A stretch of DNA of 39,643 nucleotides from Catajapyx aquilonaris (Eukaryota). The first letter of the stretch is position 1; each line of letters starts with the position of its first letter. The notes below the pieces were generated by a model, which was not told the DNA's origin, did no database searches, and was given only the letters and a program-made list of their open reading frames with translations. This document shows, piece after piece, positions 1 through 13,756 of this stretch. The position numbers and the translations under genes are program-made. The stretch covers positions 1 to 39,643 of the forward strand of contig JYFJ02003816.1 of the NCBI GenBank assembly GCA_000934665.2, in the 5' to 3' direction.

Positions 1-1191
1 TATCTACCCAAATAAAAATTTTGAAGCCACGTGTGTTCACCAGTGCGAAGATTCGAGGGGGTGAAAATGACGTGAGTTGTGTCGGGTAAAGGTGGTCTGG
101 CAGTGCGGCGAGAACTTGGCGGGGGCACTGCCGTGCCCCCTAATTTTATTTCACAGTCTTTCATCTGATTTCGATCCAGGGATTGAACGCACCGATGTTT
201 CCTTGTGAGGGAAGAGTTCAGAAGGATCTTCTATACCTCATTTACAGGGCGGCCTGAGAGGTGCGAATTTCCTTTAGAATGTAGAATCAGTGATATATTC
301 TGAGCAATCGAGGGAAAACTCACGACAACACGGAGACAGCCCATCGAAACTCTTTGAACAGAGCATGAGAAAGTGACCTCTGTCCGATCGAGGGGTCTAA
401 CGTCAGTAACGTGGTACTGTACGTACCGTACGTAGCCTATACCTCTGCTCTGAGGTGGAAGGCTCCATCGTGCACCTTCTGCAGCGCCTGCAGCATAGGC
501 TTGTCCGGATTGCGCAGCTGAGAGATTGTAGAGCAACACACTACAGTGTTATAAATTATTCGACAATAATTTTATTTATATGATTTTACAAGAATAGCAC
601 ATCATCTGTCAATATATTATTAGACATTTCAAGTAGGCTAGAGTAGGGCTAGTACAAAAGGTCAGGGACACACTGTAACTCTTGGAAAGCGATAATAAAT
701 TTATTATGAATAACCTCTGCCTGATGAAACAAGTTGAATGGTAAATAATTTCGAATTATACATGTAGTATTGGCTATCCACATGTTCTGGGAATAAATTG
801 CCGGTAGTTTTTATAATCACAGTAACAGTTTTCATTAATGTTACTGTATTTTTATGAAAGACATAGGTAGGCTATTTATATGTAATGAAATCAGGCTGCC
901 TACTCTTAGTATAATAGTAACATTGTAATAACTACGGCAATAACATGTTCTTTCAAATTACGCATAAGCTTATAAATTGTATTCAGCGATCTCTATAGCA
1001 AGTCCAAAAGTCTTTCTCCTTTCGGACATAATGAGGGTAGAGGTTATTACACCTATCAAAAAGAGAGGCTTCCAAAGCCAGGTGATACCATAATTGATAA
1101 TCTTCAATTACATCCCAAACCTCACTTGTGCAACTAGTCAGAAACGGGATTTCTCTATTTCCAGCAGGTGAAAGCATCCTACTCATTTTAA

Positions 1192-1800
1192 AGGGACACT
1201 CCACTCAAAATACAAGTTGGCCCCCAAAAATCGGGCAAAAAAATACGATTCCAACGACACCAATAATGAATTTTTCCGATGAACGATGACCCCAGGGGAA
1301 CCGGCTCATTACGCGTATTTTGGCGATACGGTTGTAACCGTATGCTACTGTTCACGACACCCTCGCCGCCTGGCGGCAGGAATGGGAAATGGAGTATGCT
1401 CAGCTCTGCCCGCGAATTCAAACCTGAACGCATTAGAACCGTATGCAGTGGTAATTTGAACAGTGAAATCCATCATGGACTTTGAAATGTTTATTTACCA
1501 TACAATTGACCATTTTTCTACCCTTCCTGACAGTCCCATGACACACTTGCGAAGCTGGCGCGCTAGTGTTGCGACTGTTGCCTATAGCGCCCCTGGCGCG
1601 GCAGTTGTTTCTTGAGCACTCTATACTTCTCCGGTTTGCCGCGGGATGCTGTTGTATCGCCCTTCTTAGCAGACGACGTGTGTAGATATATGATTTTCCG
1701 TGTTACCGTTGGGCGTAGAAAAAAACCGATTGCACATTCGGAATCAGGATTTTTTTCCCGATTTTTGGAGGCCAACTTGTATTTTGAGTGGAGTGTCCCT
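1192..1800. mobile_element. Kolobok-like non-autonomous DNA transposon (MITE), 609 bp
   Basis: TIR AGGGACACTCCACTCAAAATACAAGTTGGCC(C/T)CCAAAAATCGGG, 43/44 identical. TTAA on both sides (1188-1191, 1801-1804). A TTAA target with purine (RR) termini fits Kolobok rather than piggyBac (CC/YY termini). Confidence 0.85.
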
Positions 1801-2968
1801 TTAAGCCGTAGCTTTGTGTATAGTGTGAAATCATAAATTTAATTATTAAATTCTGCATTATGATACAGGTGGAAAGTTTACTTTGGACCTTGTTGTGGAA
1901 AGCAGCTGTAGCGCCTGCGGCAACGAGTAAAATGTGCGAGCCATTTGCGCTCTAATCTATTTTAAGCAGCAACGGGAAGAAGACCTGCTTAACTCCAAAG
2001 GGAAAGTGATGCTTTAAACAAAATTGTGTAACACTTGGCTACACTACCGTGACCACTTTGTATCTCAAGAGCTCCACTCTTGAGGTTTCCGTATATATCT
2101 TAGCTGTAGAGGTGGGTGATAGTACACACCCTATACAAGGTGTTTCGCAACAAGACCCACAAACTTCTAGAGTTTCTGAGCACTAGGGAATAATTTTATA
2201 GGGAAGTGTCTTTGGGTCCTTTTCGCATCGTTTATCTTCAGCAACAAAATACAGCAGGCCTTTTGCTTGGAGCCATCGTACACCAAAAGGAGTCGTCCGT
2301 TTCAGTTAAAACTGAATAGTGTAAAGACGACAAAGTTTCATATGAAAATGAAAGTTCATAATGGAGGGACGCACATCTGCCAGGATATGTCACCTCAGTG
2401 TTTGAATACCATTTCCGTGTATTTCTCAGTCCTAATGACACTTCTACATACAGGAAGCTGTCTCTGGTGCCAGGTAATCACCCTACGAAAGACCCTCTAT
2501 GCAAGTACGAATAATTCACCCAGAAGTCTCACATCACACAAAATCTCAATCTCGGCAAAATCTATTGCTGATGGTACAAAAGCTTGATTGACAAGCTGGA
2601 GGCACGACCCTACTTGAACTTTCTCCGACTTTTTCATGACTATTTCTCTGTATGACTGTCATTCTGTGGACTCTTTATTCACAACGTCTTTTGACCATCA
2701 TAAGTATAAGAAAGAGGAAGCAACTGGTTGCCCATGTCAAAAAAAGCGGAATTTCTTGTCACAGGAATTGCGGGGCCTATGCATTCGTTTCTCTTTTTTT
2801 TTGGGGGGGGGGGGGGCACAATCTATGGCAGGAGTAACTGACAGTGACTATGCAGTGACTTCTAAGTGAATTTAAGGATGGGTTGATTCCAAACTCAAAA
2901 TTTTTACCGATTTCAGAAAAATTAACTTCGTCGTAACACTGATAACCGTTATTTATTATATTGCATAA

Positions 2969-3207
2969 AGGCCGCTTCACAAACTCGGCGTTGCGAAAGC
3001 GTGGCGTGTGGGCCTTACGCTCATCGCACGCAGAAAGTCCACCCGATTGGACGCCAGCGCAACGCCCGCGCTCGGTCATCGCACGCTGCATTTGTGAATA
3101 GCCCTTCGCAAATTTTCCGCTCTCCGTACGCCCCGCTCGCGCAAATCCGGGTTTGTAAAACGGGCATTTCGCCCCGCTTTCGCAACGCCGAGTTTGTGAA
3201 GCGGCCT
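2969..3207. mobile_element. PIF/Harbinger (Tourist-like) MITE, 239 bp
   Basis: Perfect 33-bp TIR AGGCCGCTTCACAAACTCGGCGTTGCGAAAGCG. TAA duplication at 2966-2968 and 3208-3210. Confidence 0.88.
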
Positions 3208-6200
3208 TAAGAAGTATAGCAGCATGGTAGAAGCATTCCAGATGCTCGTGGGCAAGGACGGGAGGGGCAAGAGGAGAGGGGCGAAGGTAAAAAGGTGGTG
3301 CGGTCCTGGCCGCATCCTCCATCATTTCGACGGCCACATCAGAGGGGGACGTTGCGCCACATCATGCACCCATTTGACACGGATCAAAGCCATCTCCTCG
3401 CCGCATGACCCTAACCCACTAAAAGGCTGCAGGGGAAGCCTTTTTTCTTTGCCTTTATGCAAACCCGAAACTTAACCCACGGGTACTTGCCACGGGTTTC
3501 TCGCATGTTTGCCTACGCATATCGCTGGCTGCATCAAAAGGCACAGCCTAATAACAGCCGTGCCATTATCATTGGGGTGAGCCATGCACTATACTGAACT
3601 ACGGTATGTTTCCGCTTCGGGGCCTTATTTTTTTCCGGTTTACAAACCCTTCTACTATTTCTAGTGAAATCGACACAAGAATACGCCACTGAAAAGTTTG
3701 ATTAGCCAGCAGCTATAGGTAATATCAAAATCTAGTATGGTAAAATGCAAATAGTTCAACATTGATATAGTGTATGAAGTAAATTATTGTACCGATTAAC
3801 GGATCATCGCCGGCCTTTCAAACCCATGCCATGCCTCTTCCTTATGCATCCCCTACCACCCGCATCATTTTGGCGTATTTATTCGTACACACCCTATACT
3901 CGTATACTGTAGAATGTGTGGAATATTTCATCATAAATCATTTTTCTCCGATATCAACACTGTCCACATGAAAAAGTTTCGGACAACCATCAGTACTCTA
4001 TAGAGTCTATAGTCTCTAACAGGTTTTATTTGCATGACCTTCATCTTGCTCGAGTTCTGATGGTTGTAAAGCGGCAGGCTGAGTATGTCCTACCCTTTTT
4101 GACATACACTACAATATCACCCAAATACTTCATGTTTGCGAAGAAAACTCCTTCACTTTTATATAATGTGAGGGACGCTACCTGCAGCACATTCCTCATA
4201 TGCCGCAGTTGAAGTAGTTGCGGCGCAGGTGTAGGGTCCTCACTTAATGTTTTATCAGATATTGGGAGTGCCAGCAATAATCTTTCACCGATATTGTAGG
4301 TCTTAAGTCAAGACATTAGCTTACATATTTTAACAAAAATCGTGCTTTACGCGATGCACCAAGCTTCTGAATATCGCAAGGCTAGGAGAATAAAATTACA
4401 CTTGCATTGGTCTAGATCTAATCAGAGAGAAAACCCACGAGACAACCCTTCAGTTATCATGTTGCGCTTATGTATCTTCTCTTCTTCAATCTATGCAGTA
4501 TTTTTGCTTCCGGAATAAACGCAACACCTTTGATCCCGCCATCCTCCCACCCAGCCTCTTCCCAATTCCTAAAAGCGACACCATCATCACAGATGCCGCC
4601 CCCTACCTCCTCCACAGTGTTCATCTCCTCATATGTGACTGTGTGCTCCAGCACTTCTCCAAGCAGCATATTACACACCTTTTCCGCCTTAGGGGGTCTC
4701 CGGAACTCCAAACGTAATTTGTGTACGCCACCAAAAGCAGGTTCTTTTCGCATGTACCAGCAACAAAATCCTCAAAGGAGCCGCGAAAGCTTTGCACCGA
4801 CCCTGTTTCCTCGGTCGACGAAGTCTACAAAGACGTCTCCGAACACCCCCCCTCTCTTTGCTTCCTCCTCCCTCTCCCTCTACCATCCGCCATCCCCCTT
4901 TAATTGCCGTAACCAATCGGAAGGAGCTGCACAACGGCCACAAAAGCTTTCACCGCCACCACCACCATCCCCCCCCCCCCACCTTTTCCTTTGCACCATT
5001 CTAATAAAGAATTTCTATGCAGGGGCAAACTTTTACTTCAAAGTGTTACCCCGTAAATACAAAGTTACTTTGAGAGTGTTTCCGCCGCAAACATGTACTT
5101 TTGTTCCTCCGCAAAAGCCTGTCACACAAGACAGACTATTTAACGCAAGATCAATTTGCACACAGGGGCCTCGCCGCCTTTGAGAACGCCGCGCAAAAAT
5201 AATCCCCCCTCCCTCCCTTCCTCCTCCCCGTTTCCCCACACACCCCTAGCACGCCCCACATCTCGTCGCATCCCTTTCAAGTAGCCGCCTTACAAGTGCC
5301 CTACCTTTGAAATTGCCACTTCCCCTTACGCGAAATGAACACCACAAAAGGAGCGAAATAAACACCGGGGCGGGGTGTTCATCATCAGGCCCACTTAGGT
5401 AATCAAAAATGCGGAATGCTGCGTGGAGCCGACACAGGGGCACAAAGGACTAGACTACTACCCTCTCCCACCATCACCCTCTCCCACCACCCCAACTAAC
5501 CCTCTTCCTCAGTCCCATTCGGATTTAAGCTTATTTACATCTTGCCATCAGGAAAAGCGAGGAGAGGTGCGGGTCCCCTGAAAATGAAACAAAACGGACC
5601 TAGCTAGCAATGCAGGCCCATGCAGTGTATATGCGAGGTCCAAATTTCGGATAGTTTACGGATAACAAGCATGGCTGGAAACATACAATGTCAGGAAGTG
5701 TGTGGACTAGGATTGGATAAGGGTAATAACCTTTGCTGGATGTTGCTGAATGCTTTTTGCAGTGGTTTTGCAACTGGTCGTGGGTCAGGTGGGATTGGCC
5801 AGGAATCATTTCAGTGCTTTCATAGAGGATTACCTTCAACATTTGCAAAAATGAGGAGGGAATCAGAAAACATCAAAAATTGCGAACTGCTAATATAACG
5901 TGATTTTTCAATATAAAATATTATTTCGGAAATATGGGAAATATCACCATTCATTTTAAACTCAGTGCACTGCAAGAACTGCTATTTTCCACGACTTTTC
6001 CATTGTGTGTCATGACCTGTTATTAACATAATTCATTGCGCAGATACACCTGACTCACCCATCTTTCCCATCACATTCGAAACGTATACCCTCTGGAGGC
6101 CTGCTTCTCCAGCAACCAGGACCAAACCGAACACCACAAAAACTACAAACAACCAGCAAATTGTCGTCACTATTTCACTCACAGCTACTATGCAAATGGT

Positions 6201-6337
6201 TTTATAGGTATATCCACCAGTTCCCTGGGGCTCTCCTGCATAGAAAAAAAAGTTGGGGGCGTCGGCGCCTCCTCTAATGAAGATGGAAGCGGTACATCAA
6301 AACCCGATCCTGGGAGTCGTTTTCCCTCCCTTCAACT

Positions 6338-6341
<4 letters not shown>

Positions 6342-6391
<50 letters not shown>

Positions 6392-6398
6392 GAGAGAG
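6342..6398. repeat. (GA)n microsatellite
   Basis: GA dinucleotide run with one interruption. Confidence 0.95.
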
Positions 6399-6748
6399 GT
6401 GCCACACAGACAGAAATCTCAGGAGCTTTCGTCCTCAGATCCCTCATGTCCCCGACTCGAGCTTGATTATGTTAATTCCCGAGGCAAACATGAAATTAAT
6501 GCAAGACCATCAAGTAATTTCTGAAGGAGGAGAGTCAAAGCACTTCGGGTGGGGGTTTCAAAGTCTTTTAGGCCCCGTGTACTCTTCATTGCGGCTGGAA
6601 GAGATCAAAGCTAACCTCGTAAGACGCGACTTCTGCACACAAAGCTCTCGCCCTAATTACATTTGAGCCGAATTCAGCCAGTCCCATCTTCTTGCACGGA
6701 GCTTCACCCAAACGCAGTTTTCATATCTGGGAGACGACGAAGGAGAGA

Positions 6749-6791
6749 GGAAGGAAGGAAGGAAGGAAAAGCAGGAAGGAAGGAAGGAAGG
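6749..6791. repeat. Imperfect (GGAA)n purine tract
   Basis: ggaaggaaggaaggaaggaaaagcaggaaggaaggaaggaagg. Confidence 0.8.
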
Positions 6792-8624
6792 AGCAGGAAG
6801 AGTTTGGCAAGGGGGTGATGGAGCTATGGAGGGAGTGGGGTGGAGATTGCAAACTTCAGAGGGTATGCCCCCCCCCCCACCTCCCATCCCCTACCTCCAA
6901 CCCTCCTTGCTCACTTATCCAAACTTCAGCCCGATCCTGATTGATTACTATACTCAAGGCACTTTGCATCCGCTAAGAAAATTCAAACTTGCCAATATTT
7001 TTTATTTGCATGCCGTCAAAGGACATGACAAATATTTTGGCAGAGAACCTGTTTGGATACTGCAAATAAGCTTCTATTCTTATGCGTAAATTATCCTCCT
7101 AATTGCTCCTGAAATGAGCCTATTTGGTGAACCACATGGTCCCATGTTCTTATTCGTCATTTCCTCACCAGTCTTGCATAATTGAGGAGTCCTTCGAGCC
7201 CCCAAGTGGCATGCATAATTAGTGGCGCGAAAGGACACAGCAGCCGCCAATAACCCTGGCTCTAGAAACAAGGGCTTGCACACATTATTAATCAGATAGA
7301 GTGGACCTTGTCCAAACAGCCAGCTGCAATTCTATTAGATATCGCTCAACAAAAGCTCGGAGTGTGCAAGTCGCTGGGGCATGAAGTGACCCCTCCCCCC
7401 AAAAAGGCGGTCATTTCCGTCCGGCATGGAGCAGGAAACCGTCCCAGATGCGATATGGTAAATAAGTGAACAGCCCTCCCCACCTTAGCTAAGTGGAACG
7501 AATGGCCCATGCATACTGCATTATGCCTTTGCGCCAAACCACTCACAGACGGATATCCTAATAATGCCCTATTTTATGGAGGGCGCCTTTTTCAGGCTCA
7601 TTTGATTTGCGGGAGGTTATATCGACTTGTAACCTGCTTTCACGTTTTACGTGTAGACGCTGGGTAGACGTCTCTTACAGGGACGCGTGAGTGGGAAGGT
7701 GCGAGGTGGGTGGCAGGGAGTCAAGGATGAAACTTTTCTTCTTCTATCCTAATCTGTAGGCAACAGTTTACCACCGGAGTGTTAGTCTGTAGGGCAGTAA
7801 ATCACACTAGGCTTGAATGAGCTCACACAGTTTACTTAAAAACATGGCCTTGTTATAACATCATGTGCTTATTTTCACATGATACAGGAGTATCAAAAAT
7901 ACTGCCCGGACTCCAAGGCGCTCCATTATTATAATCGCCTTCGACTTCAAAGCGTGCGAGATGACCCTTCTCCTTCGCGGCACCGGAGAACGCTACAGAC
8001 GCGGTGAAATGCGAACGCGACCGGGCAGCCGGGACCGGCGACTCGCGACCGGATGCAGGTGTTGTGGCTTCGGAATATCGCCTTTTGGCTGTATTTTCAC
8101 CCTGCTAACGTGGAAATTAGCAGCGTAGCGTGACGTTGTCTCAACACTATAGGCCAAGAAGAATTAGAAAATCCAAAAATTTTCAAAATTCAGGAGGGTA
8201 AGAAGAGTTACTTTGGTTGCGAGTCTCTCTTCCTCTTGGTCCTTCTCCTCCGTCGGACAGTCCCCTTCTCCCTAATCTCAGCTCTATCTCCTGTATCTTA
8301 CCCCTTTTATCTTCTTTTATCAGTACCACCCTCGCGGTTTGGTCATATCAGTTCGTTCCCAGGGCTGTATCGCCCCCACATGACTTCGCTCACTTGGGAG
8401 CCTTGCTTCAATTGCTTCCTCGTGACCGGTGGTGACTGCGATATTTGTCATTCATTACATCCCGTGACAGCCGATATAGGACTGCATTATCTTTTCTCTC
8501 CCACTATATACAGGGTTGGGCAAAATGTATGGCCTGATTTGAATCACGTGGTACTATGATGCTGTTTGAGCATGCAGGGGATATTGGCATGTTCTGGAGT
8601 GGGGAAGGTTTGCCATTTGCAAAA

Positions 8625-8830
8625 ATGGTGTCGTGGTCGCCAGAGCACTGTGCATTCTTTGTGGAGACTTATTTTAAAATTAACGAGTTCCCCATAGCTC
8701 TACGAAGGATATTTCTTAGCCATTTTGAACTGGGATATCAGGACGAAGTTATCAACCACCAGACAAACATAAGGTGGGTGAAACAATTCCTGAACACATC
8801 ATCATGCCTGGACCAGAAGAATAGCACTGT
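8625..8830 (+). pseudogene. Tc1/mariner transposase N-terminal HTH remnant (DUF4817-type), left arm
   Basis: MVSWSPEHCAFFVETYFKINEFPIALRRIFLSHFELGYQDEVINHQTNIRWVKQFLNTSS fits the W..EHRAF.VE.YF.N.S....QR.F..HF......P....I..WV..FR.TGS pattern. Truncated after this. Confidence 0.75.
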
Positions 8831-8969
8831 CCAAGGAGTCCTTGGACAGTGCTATTCTAGGACACAACGGACCCCCACCCAAAGGGTATTCAACGCACAA
8901 CTCCGAATTCCTGGGCTATTGGCCGTTCCAAGCGTCCAAAAAGGTTCTTCGGGTCACTTTGTCCCTTGC

Positions 8970-9346
8970 TTTCAATTGTTGCACAGCTTGATCTTGTAAG
9001 GATATAAGTGCAGGACATCATGGATGATGTAGCACAGGGAGTGTGCCAACATTCATAGTGCCAAGGCGTGCCTAACTGCTGATCACTAAGGACTTCGGAG
9101 GAGCGCATTGTGGACATCTTGGGAGGGTCGGCTATGTCCTTGGATGTCCAGTGCTTTTTTGGTTTCTGATGCTGTGTCCCGGAACTGCTTCACCCCCCTT
9201 ATGATTGCCTGATGGTCGGGGACTTGGTTCTGACGTCCCTGCCCAAAATGGTGAAGAAAGATCCTTCGCACAGCTCTGGTGGAGTCATTATTTTTAAAAT
9301 AAATCCCCATGATGACTGCACGGTGCTTTGCAGACCGAGACACCAT
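8970..9346 (-). pseudogene. Tc1/mariner transposase N-terminal remnant, right arm, degenerate with stops
   Basis: MVSRSAKHRAVIMGIYFKNNDSTRAVRRIFLHHFGQGRQNQVPDHQAIIRGVKQFRDTAS...LLRSP**SAVRHALAL*MLAHSLCYIIHDVLHLYPYKIKL. Contains the second HTH and the (H/Y)PYK linker motif. No DDD domain seen. Confidence 0.8.
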
Positions 9347-11558
9347 TTTTGCAAATGGCAAACCTTCCTTACTCCAGCACATGCCCATATCCCTTGCATG
9401 CTCAAACAGCACCACCGTACCACGTGATTCAAATCAGGCCATACATTTTGCCCAACCCTGTACAACGGTTCAAGACATCTGCAAAGGGTTCCAACGATTA
9501 GATCCCGTCTAATTAAAAAGTTTTCATCTCCTGCAATTTTTCAGTGAAACAAGCATTGTAGGTCCCCTTTCGCAGTGCCACCTATCAATATTCTATACTG
9601 CTCCAGCTTACATGTAGTGATCGTGACAGATGGTTTCCCAGTGGTATTCAGTATAGTAATCCTTTAAAAAAGCGAAGAACCTCCTCCTCCTCCTCCTTAT
9701 GTGACCTGAAAGTTCTCAAGACTTGGGCCCCGCAGGCGGTGACCACCTTTGGAAACAAGGTGGATATATCCCATCTGCCGCATTGAACAAGATGAGAAGC
9801 TCCATCTGAAAGCGAGGGCGCCGCGGTCCCACGTTTTCTTTGAAACAAGTTTTCCGAGTCTGAAAACAAACCCTTCTTGGGCAGGGCGGGAATCCCCTTC
9901 CTTTGACATACAGGTAGGCATTTCCCCAAAGGTGGGTTGGTATAAATCCTAGCTTCTTGCTGCGGCTGGCTCTAGGTAATTGATACGACGCCTGCAAATG
10001 GAAGTCATAGCCCGATTCGCAAACTTGAGACGGAAATTTCATCCCAGATGTGGAGGTCTAAGTAGTCGTGCCCGGTTCGGGCGACGCCCTTACTCTCTCG
10101 CCCAAAGATCCATTAGACTTCCTTGGGGCCTCGCCGCCTCCCTCCCACCTCCTCCTTCCCCTACCTCCCCGACTCCCTCTGTACCACATCAAAGCCAAGT
10201 GCAATCTGATTCCCTCTAAGATTTGTTCAAAGGAGGGAGGGCTCGCCATGTGACTCTTCAGATTATAACGTCACTCTGATTTGTATAAAGAGAGAGAGCC
10301 TAAGAGCGAGAAGGCTTCCTTTCATCCTCAAAGTGCTTGCAAGAGAAGGGGCCTCTAAGCTCTGATTTAACAAGAGAGAGGGAGAGAGGGAGGGAAAGAG
10401 AGAGGGAGAGAGAGAGAGACAGGAAGAAAAAAAGGGCAAGGGATTGGCAAATGATACAAAGAAATACGCTACCTTTGTGTCATGGCAACTGTAGAAGTGC
10501 ACTTTATGTGGGAAGCAGGAGATCAAGGCCTTTTCTACCCTGCTTTCTTGGTCTTAAAGATGGGAACACTGGTAAAGGAGCTCCTTCAATACTCCAAAGA
10601 AAAAAAAAAGATGAGGCCCCATCAGGCACTTGCCGCTCTTCTAAAAGATCAAAGAAAGGTGGTCATCCTCAAAGAAGCTGGGGGTAGAAATTCGAAAGAC
10701 GCTGTGGGAAGGATGGCTTTGCTTTTGAAGGCACCCGCACTTTGTACCCTATCCGTTCTTTCCTTTGGTCTCCTTCTATCCCTCCGGAAGCTGACCCTTG
10801 GTCTGCATCTTAAGCATCTTCTTCTTTTCTTTCCCTCTTTCTCGCATCTTCTCGCGCCCACCCTTTCCTGATTCTCACTCTCTCAGCTCAATTCCAGCAG
10901 ATGTATTAGCCTCTGGAGCAAAGCCTCCTGCTGGAACCCGAGGGGAAATAATATTGGCCTGGGTTTATACTTGCTAATAACCTCACACTTTCACATTCAG
11001 ATTAAGGAGGTGATGCAGAAGGGGTACCTGCGCGGAACCTACCTTTCATTGTATGCATAACTATGCATTGTACACAAACGGACTTTATGAGCTACCAATA
11101 AATTAGCTGTTTCCTGCATAGTTGATTTTTAGCTTATTGTTTCAGTAAAACTTGCAATTAATGTAGCCCAAGACGTATATTTTGCCCTGTGCTCTAAACC
11201 AAGATTCTTGCGTTATATAGATTGCCATCTTCATTTTTATTACTATATGCACAAGAGCTAATGGATCAGGTGCCGTGTTCTCTTATAAAGTCACGTATCC
11301 CAGTGAAACTCCATTTGTCAGCAGAAAAAGCTATTTCCAGCAGGGTTAATCCAACCAGAAAGTCAGTAAGTCTTGAATATTAGGGTATACCGGTATTTCA
11401 AAATCATATTTTTCCTACAAGATGACGCATATGATCTCCAGTAACCCTCTTCCTATATATGTATAATATAGCACACTATGGAGAAACTCCATTAGAGCTG
11501 GTAATATTCAAGAAGTCAAGTTCAATTTTTGGATTGTACACGACAGAAAACTACAAAT

Positions 11559-11805
11559 GAATCGGTTTTAGGAAAAAGGATGTAAGTCACAAAAATACAA
11601 CTTTTGGAGAATGACAAAAAACTGTTTATTCAAAATCTACAAAAGCTACAGCAGTGAATGTTTACCATGCTGCTATTCGTGCATGGCTGACCTGACTTAC
11701 ATCGTTCCTATACCAAAAGATGCCCCTTCCGTTGTACTATACCATCGACGAATAACCTGAAAATCGCAATTTTGTGACTTACATCCTTTTTCCTAAAACC
11801 GATTC
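11559..11805. mobile_element. Sola1-like non-autonomous element, 247 bp
   Basis: Perfect 36-bp TIR GAATCGGTTTTAGGAAAAAGGATGTAAGTCACAAAA. 4-bp duplication AAAT (11555-11558, 11806-11809) matches the AWWT target of Sola1. Confidence 0.8.
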
Positions 11806-13756
11806 AAATACGCTAATAATATTGGTCAACTTTTCCGCCACATTGTTCCGCGTACACTGTCGAATATGTGACAAGAAATAGGATAGAAATGTGGAAGATT
11901 CACTGGCTGAGACTGATGCTTCTTGACTACATTTGCAACTGATTTTTTGGTCAGCAGGTTAAGGCACTGTAGGAAGTAGGCTAACATCTATCTACATCAT
12001 CGTTTTCTTCATAAATACAAGTTGGAAACTTGTACAAATTCTTAATGTAATTAATGCAAATTGTAATTATAATTGTATTATTGTAATTCTAAATGACAAG
12101 GTTGCAGTAAAAGAGACAAGAACATTTCACCTCGCACGTAATCAGACAGCACTACTAGGTAAAACTGGCACGGTGTTATCTGGTAATTACTATTTTACCA
12201 CCAAATTGCATTAATTTTTTAAAACTCTCGGTGGAAGGTATTATGTGTCAAGAAAGTTTCAGAAAAATATATCACGGCTAAGTGTTTCCTCTCGTATCTT
12301 TCATCTTGCTACAGTGCTGTACACATTTGTAACAATTGCAACAGGATGCTTTCCCCCCCCCCCCCTAAAACCCTTTTCTCGACCAAAATAGACCACATAT
12401 TCAGAGATGTAACCCGGCCTTATCACCGGCAGAATAGTTAATAATCCTCCTTAAAAATAGATTTGCAAAATAACTAATATTACATCAAGATATCGCCAGA
12501 AATTGCAGACTTCTTAGCCATCCAACAAGAAAAAATAGCTCGCACGCAAACAGGTCACCAACTAAGCTACTATCAGCAACACCAAATGTTAGTATACCAG
12601 CCCCTTTCACCATGGTGTCCTTTGTTCTCCATTAATTAGCTATTATTTCACGGTCGAGTTCATCCGACACATTCCCTTCGCGCAATCAATGCCAATAAAA
12701 TTTTCATATGCCTCCCCCTCCGCGACAAAAGGCAATTGAGGAACTATTCAAGATAGCATCGGTACTCTACATCGTCCTGCCAGACTGACGTAGAATAAAA
12801 GGACTACTGAATAAAAAATCCCACATCTCTCCGTCAGGCCCAATTTGTTCTCAAACGGACAGTGGCCCAATCCACCTTTAACTTATTTATTGAGCCTCCC
12901 TTCAGTAACCCCCTTCCTTCATCTAACAGTATACTAACAATGTGCTGTATACAGTACAGCGTGTTATAGACGCATGAAAGGAGGCCTTTTCCCTGGCTAA
13001 TTGGGATTCGTTCGCATCGTCACAAGGTTTGCCACATTATTGGTGATTACAGGAAGAAACAGCATTATTGCAAATTGTCGGCTTCCTTTCATGCCGTCGG
13101 CAACTCCGGCGGTCCTCAAAGGACACGGAAATCTTCTATGCAGCTACAAAGGGAAACACAAAGACTTTTGCACTCCGCTTCCTCGCAGAGAGAGTTGTTT
13201 CATCCCGCGCGCCGGCTGAGAACTAAAGCTTTGACTGGCATATCAATGGGAAGATCAAGAGCAGGACATGAAAGTGAGGCACACCTCTGCCAAAGATAAA
13301 GACCCTTTTATCCGGAATAATGCGGCAATTTGGGAGCTAAATGCAAAGCTATAGCTTATAACTGCATGGGAGGAAGCATAAGAGCCAGGCGAAGTTAGGG
13401 AGAGGGAAAAAGAAAGAAGAAGAAAAAATATTGAGAAATGAGCAGACCCATCAAAGAAACATGCATAATGGAAGGATGCAGGTAGAAAATTGGATGGCTT
13501 ACTAAATTATTACGGGGCTTTAAATGATATGTTATCCCCAAGCAGTAAATGAATATTAATGAATGGAATCATGACAGGGGCCTACTTGATTAGAAAATCA
13601 GAGTATCAGAATTAATAAAACGCAACTCTGAGGAGTGGAGCGACACACTAACCGAACACAGGTCCTCATACAGGTTGGAGGATGTAGCAAGAATAACTAC
13701 ACCACTCATACAGTGCAAAATCATCTACTGCTGGGGTCATTAATATCGGGGTAAGG

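Larger units (their letters stand above)
8511..9460. mobile_element. Fold-back Tc1/mariner derivative with two inverted copies of the element 5' end
   Basis: TA-CAGGGTTGGGCAAAATGTATGGCCTGATTTGAATCACGTGGTAC at both ends (first 44 bp identical). TA at 8509-8510 and 9461-9462. Inverted similarity extends about 330 bp inward. Confidence 0.9.

Noticed and set aside
721..760. CTGATGA as a hammerhead ribozyme core, also at 27032 and minus-strand CTGAAGA near 2236
   Set aside because: No convincing stem II plus GAAA and no flanking stems.
2777..3337. 186-aa ORF, and an opposite ORF sharing PRFRNAEFVKRP
   Set aside because: The shared peptide is simply the MITE TIR read on each strand.
2122..3899. 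Direct repeat GTACACACCCTATAC at ~2122 and ~3885 as LTR or TSD
   Set aside because: Resembles generic Tc1/mariner MITE right ends (ACACCCTGTA); no coherent element lies between the copies.
4470..5183. 237-aa plus-strand ORF, the longest in the window
   Set aside because: Pro/Ser low-complexity product of C-rich DNA with no recognisable domain or splice partners.
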